Assembly (NCBI GenBank): GCA_028534125.1
Contig: CM052816.1
Span: 36,582,001 to 36,646,000, forward strand
Length of the DNA stretch: 64,000 nt
Direction of reading: 5' to 3'
DNA from: Lama glama
Taxonomy: Eukaryota
Below are positions 39,733-50,830 of this stretch, piece by piece; the first letter of the stretch is position 1, and each line of letters begins with the position of its first letter. The notes under the pieces are model-generated. The model did not search any database, had not been told where the DNA came from, and saw only the letters and a program-made list of their open reading frames with translations. The translations under genes were made by a program, and so were the position numbers.

Positions 39733-40210
39733 AAAAAATTTAAAAAAACTGATTAAAAATTGTCAGAAGACCTGAATAGACAGTTTTTCAAAGAAGATAC
39801 TCAGATGGCCAACAGGAATGTGAAAAGATACTCAACACTGCTAAAAATCAGGGAAATGCAAATCAAGGCCACAATGAGATATCACCTAACATCTGTCAGA
39901 ATGTCTATCAAAAAAGAACACAAATAACTAACGTTAGTGAGGACGTGGAGAAAAGGGAACCCTTCACGAATGTTGATGGAAATGGAAATTTGTGCAGCTA
40001 CTGTGGAAAAGAGAATGGAGGAGTCTCAAAAAACTAAAAATAAAACTACTACATGACCCAGCAACCGAATCCTGGGTATATATCTGAAAAAACCAAAAGC
40101 ACTAACTGGAAAAGATATATTCACCCCAATGTTCTTAGTGGTATTATTTACAATTGCCAAAATATGAAAACAAACGGTCTATCAACAGATAAATTGATGA
40201 AGAAGGTATA

Positions 40211-40243
<33 letters not shown>

Positions 40244-40680
40244 GGACTACTACTCAGCCATAAAAAAGAATAAAAATTTTGTCATTTGCAACACCATGGG
40301 TGGATTTGGATGGTATTATTTGAAGTGAAGTAAGTCAGACAGAGAAAGATAGATGCTGCATGATTTCACTTATATACAGTGTCCAAAAAACTACAACAAA
40401 TTAGAGAATTTAACAAGCAGACTCACAGATATAGAGAATAAAGGAGTAATTACCAGTAGGGAGAGGAATCGGGGGGAGGGGCAAGATAGGGAATAGGGAG
40501 TTAAGACATATAAACTATTATGTATAAAGTAAACTACAAGGATATATTGTATAACACAGGGACTATACTCAATACTTTACTATAACTGTAAGTGGAGTAT
40601 AACCTTTAAAAATTATGAATCATTATATTGTATACATGTAACAGATAATATTTTATATCAATTATACTTCAATTTAAAAA
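39733..40680 (+). mobile_element. 5'-truncated LINE-1 3' end; 3'UTR type as in 2895-3998
   Basis: cagaagacctgaatagacagtttttcaaagaagatactcagatggccaacagg...; ends atcaattatacttcaatttaaaaa. Confidence 0.95.
40213..40241. repeat. (AC)14 microsatellite inside L1
   Basis: Directly visible. Confidence 0.99.
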
Positions 40681-41499
40681 CCATTATTTATTATAGCATC
40701 CATAAAGTTAATGGGAAAAATGACACAAAACAATACTAAGAATTATTGAATATATACAATCTTATTAAAAATAAAATCAAAATAAATACACCCTTAGAAA
40801 AATATTCATAGGAGTAGAATCAATAAGCAAAAAGTGAGAGAACCGAGAGACTGCCTTAGAGAACAGGAAGTGGCTGAGGCAAAAGCAGAATCTAAGGGGT
40901 ATTTGAGATTCTAACAATTGAAACTATAATCTTACTTTAAGCAAGGAATGATGGATGGTGATGGGGTTGATGAGTCAAATACAAAGGGAACATTCTGTTA
41001 TGGCAATTATATGGACATTTCTTGCTTATAAAGATTGTAATAGAAGATTATCATTCTGTCAAATAAAGATTGTGATATGTCCTTTTGAATTCTATCTTTT
41101 GTGCTGAAACAACAAAATTTTTCTTCTTGTGTTCCCTTTTTCTCAAAAACAAGTGTCTTTGTTTAGACTAGTATAGAGAGTTGTTATTGTTATTGCATTT
41201 TTCTAATTGCTTAATCTTAAGAGCTATTTATTTGGTCTCTAATTTTCTTTCTTTGAGCAAAAGTTTGTACAAATTGTTCCACAGGCTCTTATAATTCTGA
41301 GAGGGAGCTGTTTGCTTTCTAGTCTTTGATTTTCTTACTAAAACTATGATCTTAGGTTTAAGATCTTCAACAGAAAAGGTGGATAGGACAGTTGCAATGT
41401 CTTCTCCCTTATAAGGAGAATAATTTTCTCTAAAGGTCAGAGTGGTGTGGTCGAGAAAGTCTACAGTGATTTTTTTCTATCTATAAGACTGCAATTTTA

Positions 41500-42555
41500 A
41501 AGTATGTTTTATATTTTAGAATAGTTTTATATTTACAGAAATATTGAAAAGATAATATAGAAAGTTTCCATATACTTTGCACCATTTCCCTATTATTAAC
41601 ATCTGTTATTAGTATGTACAGTATTAACAATAAATGAAACAGTATTGATACATCATTATTAGCTAAAGTTCATACTTTTTCAGATATTCTTAATTTTTAC
41701 TCTAGGTATTTTTCTGTTCAAAAATCACATCCAGGGTCCCTCCATGTCTTTTTAGCTTCCTCTTGGTTATGACGAGTTCTTGGATTTTCCTTGTTTTTGA
41801 TGAGTTTGGCAGTTTAGAGGTTTACTGTCAGTTATTTTTAAGAATGTTTCTCCAGTGGAATTTTCCTGATTTTTTTTTTCTCATGATCAGACTGGAGTTA
41901 TGGGTTTTGGTCTTAGGGGAGGAACACCATGGGAAAAGTACATTTTTCACTACATCTTATTAAGGGCACATACTATCAACATGGTTTATCACTGTTGATG
42001 TTGACCTTAATCACCTGGTTAAGGTCATATTTATCATGTTTCTCCACTGCAAAGTTACTCTTTTATCTCCCTTTCCATTCTACAGTGTTTGGAAGGAAGT
42101 CACTGTGTGTAGCCCACACTTAAGGAATAGGGAGTTATAGTCCCCATTCCTGAATGTTAAGAATCTATATAAATTATTTGGAAGTTCTCCGTACAGGAGA
42201 CTTTTCTCTTCTCCCAAATTTAAATATTTATTCAATCATTTATTTATATAAGTACAGACCCATGGATATTTATTTTATACTTTGGGTTATGATGCAATAT
42301 TACTTTATTTTCTTGCTCAGATTATTCCAGTTTTGGCCACTGGGCACTCATTTAACTTCCCCAGCATCTTTATCTCTTATCAATGTGTATTTGTGTGTGT
42401 TTTTAATCACCTTATAATTCTCTGGCAATATAAGAATGTTTCAGGCTCATCTTGTATATTGTCTGTCCCAGTCCTAATATAAGCCATTTCTCCAGGGAGC
42501 TTTGGTGCTTTTGTTTGGAGAATGTTATAGACACCACAATCTGAGAGCTAGAACT
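41500..42555 (-). mobile_element. L1MC-like 3'UTR
   Basis: aatagttttatatttacagaaa, ttccctattattaacatc, ttggaaggaagtcactgtgtgtagcccacacttaagg, agccatttctccagggagc. Confidence 0.88.
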
Positions 42556-43639
42556 GGAGTTTTGACTAATCATTTTTGATATAAAAGCCCTTCGGGAAAG
42601 TTCTTGGCTGAATTGTGTTAGTCTTATCAAAGTTCTGCAGAACAACCACTGAAGTCATTAACTGTCCTTGGTAAAATTCTGCCAGAGTTTCAAATATTTA
42701 GCTACATTTACATCACAAAATTTTTACATGTAAGAGGTCGGACATAAAATCAGATTTTCATTGAACTGCTGAGAAAATCATACACAAATAGAGAAATAAT
42801 AGATAAGAATCCTGGCTCTTCACTCATCTCATTTTTTAAAGCCCTAGGTAAACAAATATATTCCAGTCAAGAGGCTATGCCAAGGTTGAAAAAGAGAGAG
42901 ACTAAAAGCTTAGGCAGACCCTGAAGCAAAGAGTAGCTGTGCTCATCATAAACAGGAATTACTCAACTTTCCAGGTCCTGGGATTCTGAGGATGCAGACA
43001 TTAAAAGGTCCTGTTGTGCTCAATCCAAGAAGCGACCTGAGCTGAGTGTGATCTAAGTGGCAGCAACAAAAATTGTGGAAGAAAACTAACATGAGCACCG
43101 TTAAGGATAGGTATTATTCAAAATGCTAGAATAGTTTCAGCTTTGAAAGAGTGTTTTATCATCAGGAAGAAGGTCAGTTTTTGTAGAAGGAATAAGAAGT
43201 TATGTAAATTTTGGGAAAGTTATAAAATCATTTCTTGGAAGAGAGAGATTATTACTGTACTTCAATAGTGGGTAGACAGGCAAGTTTAACTTAAGAAAAG
43301 TAGAATGAAAGAGGCCCTAATGTCACATGGGACTACCGTAAGGGGTGGGAAGAACAGTTTTGGGGGCTGAGAACACAGGAGAGTCACATTGGAAAATTTT
43401 CAGTCATTTAGTTTCTCATACTTGACTATATTAAGCATCAGCATTCTTCACCTTAAAGACAAGTATTGTACACTTTCACACGTTACTTTTATTAATTTTA
43501 ATGTTTTAAGTAAATTGAATATAGCAACAAAACTATACCAGAGGATTATGTAATTCTATACTGCACATTTTTCAGAATGCTTCATTGTTCATATAAAGTC
43601 CTGAATAAATATTTTGAAGAAATTAAGCATTTAAAATAG

Positions 43640-43815
43640 AAATGTTTATAATTTAGAATTAAAGAGCCATATGCTTATTATTAAAAATCACAGAATATAG
43701 AACTAGGCAAAAATGAATAACTTCTATCCTTCCTCTCTATCTCTGTTCCCACCCTCACATATTTTCCAGAGGTGGCCATTGTAAGCACATTTTGCATATA
43801 TAAACTATATATTTA
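43640..43815 (-). mobile_element. Ancient L1ME-like 3' fragment, left part; probably continues at 50000-50830
   Basis: catatgcttattattaaaaatcacagaa...ttccagaggtggccattgtaa; degenerate. Confidence 0.45.
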
Positions 43816-43824
43816 TGTGATGGT

Positions 43825-43972
43825 AATGCTGCTAGCTAACATTTATTGAGTTGACCCAGGACATGGGGTAATTATCTTCCATGTTTGTTCATTCCTATTT
43901 TTTATAAAACTCTTTAAGGTTGTGTTATTACTATTTCCATTATAATATATAAGATATTAATATAAGTCACAA
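43825..43972 (-). mobile_element. MIR, left part (split by the L1)
   Basis: gctaacatttattgag...aactctttaaggttg...attactatttccatt. Confidence 0.65.
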
Positions 43973-45776
43973 AAAGAATAGGGAATTTACACTGACAGGA
44001 GCCATTTATGTCATCTTAGGCTATCTTGCTAATACCTGCACTGGTGAGTGCTATTTTGGAATCCTCCACCTAACCTGTTCCCATAAGTGAGCATGCCCCA
44101 GTGAGAGCGCCACCTTCCTCTGTGCCTCTGCTGGGGCCTCACAGCTGGCCAAGCAATGTCCCCATCACCAGCCTCCCACCAGTCCATGGGTGAGCCCTGC
44201 TCACCACTGCCCTATGGCTGTCACAGATCTACCACAACAGAGGTCAACCTACACAGAGGACATCACCTGAGTGCCTGGCTCTAGCCAGGTAACACTGTGT
44301 TTCTTGAGCTTCACAAGACAAGTCTAAATACTGTCACTTCTTCAAGCCTGGGATAGTTGATATGCCTAATACATAGAAATAAAAACAGAAACTTAGGCAA
44401 CATGAAGAGACAGAGGAATATGTTCCAGCTGAAAGAATAAAACAAAACTTCAAAAAGGTAACTAAATAAAATGGACATAAGCAAATCTATCTGTTAAAGA
44501 TTTCAAAGTAATTTTCATAAAGATGCTCATCAAACTTGAGAGAAGAATGGATGAACACAGTGAGAACTTCAACAGAAACAGAAAATATATGAATGTATTA
44601 ATTAACTGAACTGAAAAATACATAGGGAGACTGAACAGCAAGCTGGATGAAATAAAAGAACAAATCAGTTACCTGGAAGACAAAGCAATGGGACTCATCC
44701 CAACAGAGCAGCAAAATGCAAAAAATAATTAAAGAAATGAAGACACCTTAAGGCATCTTTGGGACAACATCAAGCTGAGTAAGATTTGCATTTTAGGGGT
44801 CCAAGAAGGAGATGAAAGAGAGAAAATGACAGAAAGTTTATTTGAAGAAATAGTGGCTGAAAACTTCCCTAATCTGGGGAAGAAAATAGACATTCAGGTC
44901 CATGAACCACAGAGAGTTCCAAATAAGATAAACCCAAGAGACACACACCAATACACAGTATAATAAAAATAACAAATGTTAAGAATAAAGAGAAAATTTT
45001 AAAAGCAGCAAGAGCACACCAACTTATTATGTACAAGAGAAACCCCAAAAGGCAATTAGAAGATTTTTCAGTGGAAACTTTATAGGTCAGAAGGAACTGG
45101 TATGATATATTCAAAGCATTAAAAGAAAAAAGTTGCAAACCATGAATCCTCTAGTCAGGAAGGTTATCATTCAGCACTGAAGCAGAATTTAAGAGTTTTA
45201 CAGGTAAGAAAAGATGAAAGAGTTCACAACCACTAAACTGGCTCTTTAAGAAATATTAAAGGGATACTTTAAGGTAAAAATAAATAGTACTAAATAATAA
45301 TAAGAGAACTTACAAAAGTAAACTCTTAATGAATCAGGTAACTATATAATAAAGGTAGTGGGTCAGTCACTTAATACAGCAAGCATAAAGGTGAAAAGAC
45401 AAAAGTAGGAAAAACTAACTATAGTTACAATAATTGTTTAAGGGATGCATAAAATTCAAAAATGCAGATTGTGTCATCAAAAGTATAAAATGTAGGGGGT
45501 GGAGTAAAACAAATAAAGCTTTGCAATGTGTTCGTATTTAAATTGCTTCCAACTTAAAACAGGCTACAAATTATAGTATGTCATATGTGATCCTCATGTT
45601 AACCACAAGGAATTAACTTAGAGATTATACACAAAAAGAAATGAAAAAGGAATCTGAATATAACCACCAAAACACAAAAAAGAAAGAGAAGAAGAAAAGA
45701 TACAGAGGGGAACTACACAAACATCCAGAAAACAACTAACAAAATGGCAATAAGTACATACCTACCAATAATCACT

Positions 45777-45900
45777 GTATTTTAAAACTTTTTTTTTTAA
45801 ATTGAAGTATAGTCAGTTTACAATATTGTGTCAATTTCTGGTGTACAGTATATTTCAGTCATACATATACATAGATATAGTTTTCATTTTCTTTTTCATT
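45777..45900 (-). mobile_element. Short young L1 3' end inserted antisense in the ORF2 start of the host L1
   Basis: Perfect 10-bp TSD aataatcact (45767-45776 and 45901-45910); poly-T then aattgaagtatagtcagtttacaat...tttctggtgtacag. Confidence 0.92.
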
Positions 45901-48900
45901 AATAATCACTTTAAATGTAAATAAAATAAATGCTCCAATGGAAAGACATAGAGTGACTGAATGGATTAAAAACACAAAAACAAAAACAGGACCCATTTAT
46001 ATGCTGTCTATAAGAGACTCAGATCTAAAGACACATATGGACTGAAAGTGAGCAGATGGTAAAAGGCATTCCATGCAAATAGAAACAAAAAGAAATTGGA
46101 GTAACAATATTTGTATCAGACAAAGTATACTTTAACACAAAGACTGTAACAAGAGTCAAAGAAGGGCATTTCAAGAAGATATAACATTTGAAAATGTACA
46201 TGCACCCAATGAAGGAGCACCAGGATATATAAAGCAACTATTAATAGACTTGAAGGGAGAAATTGAAACTAGTACAATGTATGACTCTAACACCTCACCT
46301 GCATCAATGGATAGATCATTCAAGCAGAAAACACGTAAGAAAATGACTTAGATGATACATTAGACCTGATGGAGATTATCTATCTTTCTACCTCTCTCTA
46401 TATATATTTATATCCATCCCAAAGCAGCAGAATACATATTCCAGAGCACAATGGTATGAAACTAGAAATGAATGACAAGAAAAACAAATCAGAAGAACCA
46501 CAAAAATGTAGAGATTAAACAACATACTACTGATCAACCAATGGATCATCAAAGAAATCAAAGGAGAAATTAAAAAAAAAATCCAGAGACAAATGAAAAG
46601 AGAAATATAATGTACCAAAATCTATTGGATAACAGGAAAAGCAGTTCTAAGAGGGAAGTTCATAGTAAAACAGGAAAGAAACCTACCTCAAGAAACAAGA
46701 TAAATCCTAAATAAACAATGTAAGTTTACACTTTAGGAACTATAAAAAGAATAAATTAAGTGCAAAATTAATAGCAGGAGGAAAATAATAAATATCTATG
46801 CAGAAGTAGATAAAATAGAGACCAAAAAACAATAAAAAAGATCAATGAAACTAAGAGTTTCTTCTTTGTATGATAAACAAAATTAACAAACTTTTAGGTA
46901 GACTCAACAAGAAAAAAAGAGAAAAGACTCAAATAAATAAAATCAGAGATGAAAGGGAACTTAAAACAGGTACCACAGAAATCCAAAGGCTCATAAGAGA
47001 CAACTTTGAACATTACACACTTACAATTTGGACAATCTAGAAGAAATGGATAAATTCCTAGAAATGTACAATCTTCCAAGACTGAATCTTAATGAAATAG
47101 AAAATCTGAATAGAACAATTACCAGTAAGGAGATTGAAAGAGTAATCAAAAATCTTCCAAAAAACAAAAGCCCAGGACCAGACAGCTTCACTGGTTAATT
47201 CCACAAAACATTCAGAGAAGATTTAATACCTATCCATTTAAAATCCTTTCAAAAACTTGAAAGAGAATCCTTCCAACACATTTTAGAAGCCAGGATTACC
47301 CTGATACCTAAACAAAACAAGGACACCACAAAAAAAAAAAAAAAAAAAAAAAGAAAGAAAGAAAGAAAATTACAGGCCAATATCCTTGATGAATGTAGAT
47401 GCAAAATTCCTCAACACAATATAAGCAAACCAAATTCAAAAATACATTGAAAGGATCAGAGGCCATGATCAGGTGGGATTTATTCCAGGGATACAAGGAT
47501 GGTTCAACATTGACAAGTTAATTAACATGATAAATCACATTTTAAAATGAAGGCTAAAAATCATATGATTATCTTAATATGAGAAAAAGCTTTTAACAAA
47601 AATTCCACATTCATTTACAACAAAAACTGAACAGAACAGATATAGAGGGAATGCACCTCAACATAATAAAGGTCATATATGAAAGCCCACAGATAACATC
47701 ATACTTAATAATGAAAAGCTGAAAACTTTTCCTTTACTATCAGGAACAAGGCAAGGATGTCCCTCTAGCCAATTTTATTCAACATAATATTGGAAGTCCT
47801 AGCTCAAGCAAGAAGGCAAGAAAAAGAAATAAATATAAAAAAAATTGGAAAGGAAGAAGTAAAAATGTTACTATTTGCAAGTAACATGATATATATAGAA
47901 AACCCTAAATACTACACCAAAAAACTGTTAGAACTAATGAATGAATTCAGTAAAGTCACATAATACAAAATCAATATACAGAAATCTGTGGCATTTCTAT
48001 AGATTAGTAAAAAATTATTAGAAAGAGAAGTGAAGAAAATAATCCCATTTACAGCTGTATCAAAAACAATAAAACACCTAGGAAAAAATTTAACCAAAGT
48101 GGTAAAAAATCTGTACACTGAAAACTATAAGACACTCATGAAAGACATTGAATAAGACACCAACAAATGGAAAGATATTCCATGATCATGGTTTGAAAGG
48201 ATTAATATAGTTAAAATGTCCTTACCCAAACAATCTACAGATTCAACATTACCTCTATCAAAATTCCAATTGCATATTTCACAGTATTAAAAGAAAATAG
48301 TTCTAAAATTTGCATGGAACCAAAAGAGGTCAAAAATACCCAAACAATCCTGAGAAAGAAGGACAAAGTTGGAGGTACCATGTTCTCTCAGTTCAAATTT
48401 TACTACAAAGCTATAATAATTAAAAGAATATGATCCTGACACACAAAAAGATATACAAACCAACAGAACAGAATTGAGAGCCTAGAAATAAACCCACATA
48501 TATGTGGACAATTAATTTATGAGAAAGGAATAAACAACATACAACAGAAATATACTAATTTCTTCAATAAATAGTGTTGGGAGAACCTGATAGCCACATG
48601 GAAAAGACTGAAACCAGTTTACTATCTTACACTATACACAGAAATTAACTTAAAATGTTTAAAAGACTTAAATTAAGAACATACTATGAAACCATAGAAT
48701 TTTTAGAAGACAATATATGCAGTACCTTCAATGACATTACATTGGTATTAGGAATATTTTTGTGTATCTGTCTCCAAGGTCATGGGAAACAAAAGCAAAA
48801 CAAAAACAAAAACAAAAACAAAAACAAAAACAAATTGGTCTACATCAACAAAAAAGCTTCTGCACAGCAAAGGAAATTAAAATTAAATCATTAAAATAAG

Positions 48901-49856
48901 AAGACAACCTACTGAATGGGAAGAAATATTTGCAAACTATATATCTGATAAGAGATCAAGATCCAAAATATATAAAAACTCATACAACTCAACAACAATA
49001 ACAAAAAGCAATTCAATTAAAAAATGAACAGAGGATCTGAATAGAAATTTTTCTGAAGAAGTCATGAAGATTGCCAACAGGCACAAGAAAAGATGTTCAA
49101 CATCACTAATTATTGGGGAAATGCAAATCAAAACCACAATGAGGTATCACCTCTCACCTAATACAATGGCCATTATTGAAAAAAAAAAAGCAATAACAAA
49201 TGTTGGAGAGGTGTAGGAAAAAAATAAACCCTAAAATATTGCAGGTGGGATTGTAAATTGGTGTATCCACTATTCAAAACTGTACGGAGATATCTCAAAA
49301 AATTAAGATTAAAACTACCATAAGACCCAGCTATTCCACTTTGGGGTATTTATCTTAAAAACACAGTATCACTAATTTAAAAAAATATATGCACCCTTAT
49401 GTTCATTGCAGAATTATTAATAATAGCCACAACATGGAAAGAACCTAAGTGTCCATTTGTGGATGAATGGATACAGAAGATGTTGTACACATCTGCAATG
49501 GAACACTACTAGTCATATAAAAAGAAAGAAATCCTGTCACTTAACAACAACATGGTTGTACCTTGAAGGTGCTACCCTAAGCGAAGTAAGTCAGACAGAG
49601 AAAAACAAATACTGTATGATTTCACTCATATGTGGAATCTAAAAAGCCAAAACCAAACAACCAAAGAAACAAAATTAAACAAAAACAGATTCATAAATAC
49701 AGAAGGCAGACAGTGGTTACCAGAGGGGAAGGGTGCTTGGGGTAAGCAAAAAGGGTGACAGGTGTCAACTGTATGGTGATAAATGGCAATTAGACTTGTG
49801 GTGATGATACTGTGTAGTATACACAGATGTTAAATTGTAATGCTATATACTGACAC

Positions 49857-49897
49857 AAATAACAATAACAATAACAACAACAACAATAATAATAATA
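49857..49897. repeat. (AAC/AAT)n microsatellite derived from the L1 tail
   Basis: Directly visible at the L1 3' terminus. Confidence 0.9.
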
Positions 49898-49909
49898 GTA
49901 AAGGATAGG

Positions 49910-49995
49910 ATACTTGCTCAACGTATCATATCAATGACAGAGCTTCGTTTCAAACTAGGACTTCATTGCCCATATTTTTAACAAGCTGCTATTAT
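49910..49995 (-). mobile_element. MIR, right part
   Basis: acttgctcaacgtatca...tgacagagcttcgtttcaaactagg...tttaac continues the antisense MIR. Confidence 0.6.
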
Positions 49996-49999
49996 CCAT

Positions 50000-50830
50000 T
50001 CTGATTTTTAAATTTTCCATAACTTGTTATCATTGCCAAGTAATAAATTTTACATCTCTTTTCATGTTTGGAATACATAGATCCTCCTGATATTTTTGAA
50101 CAGTTGCATAAAACTCAGTTTTATGAATGTAGTGTGATTTATTTAACCACAATTTTATTGATACACATAAATGTTAATTTTCCAGTAAAAATATTGTAAG
50201 CATATTCCTACACTTCTTTGCTGTAATAACTTTAGGATAAATTTATAGAATTATAAATATTTAGTCAAAGAGATTCGGCATTTGTAAGATTATATCAATT
50301 TACATATACACTTGTTCTGGAAGGGTAATGGATTCCCTTCCAAACAACTGATAGCATGAGTAATTATCAAAGTTTGATCATTAGCAATCTGATCACTGAA
50401 TAGTCTTGTTATTTCACTATACGTGATTTTGACTGTAACTTCATTTGTTAATTGGTCATTCACATTTTTAGTCTATTAACTGCTTCTTCATGCTTATTGC
50501 CCATCTTTGTATGAGACTGTTTTCTTTTTCTTATTGTTAAGATTTCTTAGTCTATTAAAGGGCATTAGCATTTATCCATCAGAAGTGTAAGTTTATTATT
50601 GTCAATAGCATTTTGACTTTCTCATTGGTTATTTAGTTATTTCCATAAAATTGGCAACTTTTCATACAAATTTATCAAACTTTTTCATTTTTCCTTCTTT
50701 ACTTTTTCATACGCTTAGACCTTACCCAATCCTTGAGCCAAGGCAATATCCACACATTTTTTTCTAATTGTTATTCCATTTGTTTTAAATTTTTCCTTTT
50801 TAACAATTTTATTGATTTGTAATTAATTCT
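50000..50830 (-). mobile_element. Ancient L1ME-like fragment
   Basis: gttgcataaaactcagttttatgaatgtagtgtgatttatttaacca, taggataaatttatagaa, ttaattggtcatt...tattaactgcttcttcatgcttattgcccat. Confidence 0.6.

Larger units (their letters stand above)
43983..49899 (+). mobile_element. Near-full-length dead LINE-1 (partial 5'UTR, ORF1, ORF2, 3'UTR, AAC/AAT tail)
   Basis: GC-richer 5'UTR at about 44000-44340. ORF1 remnant from ATG 44402 (MKRQRNMFQLKE*). ORF2 from ATG 44 bases into line 45701-45760, i.e. 45744 (MAISTYLPIIT..). RT motif decayed to LFASNMI at 47871-47891. TSD-like aaagaatagg (43973-43982) / aaaggatagg (49900-49909). Confidence 0.97.

Noticed and set aside
38455..40680. Adjacent antisense and sense L1 as a twin-priming inversion
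   Set aside because: The segments map about 2 kb apart on L1, appear to differ in age, and have no convincing shared TSD; independent insertions are more likely
43983..49899. Possible active full-length L1
   Set aside because: ORF1 stops at codon 13, ORF2 is interrupted by an insertion and many stops/frameshifts, and the catalytic FADD motif has decayed to FASN
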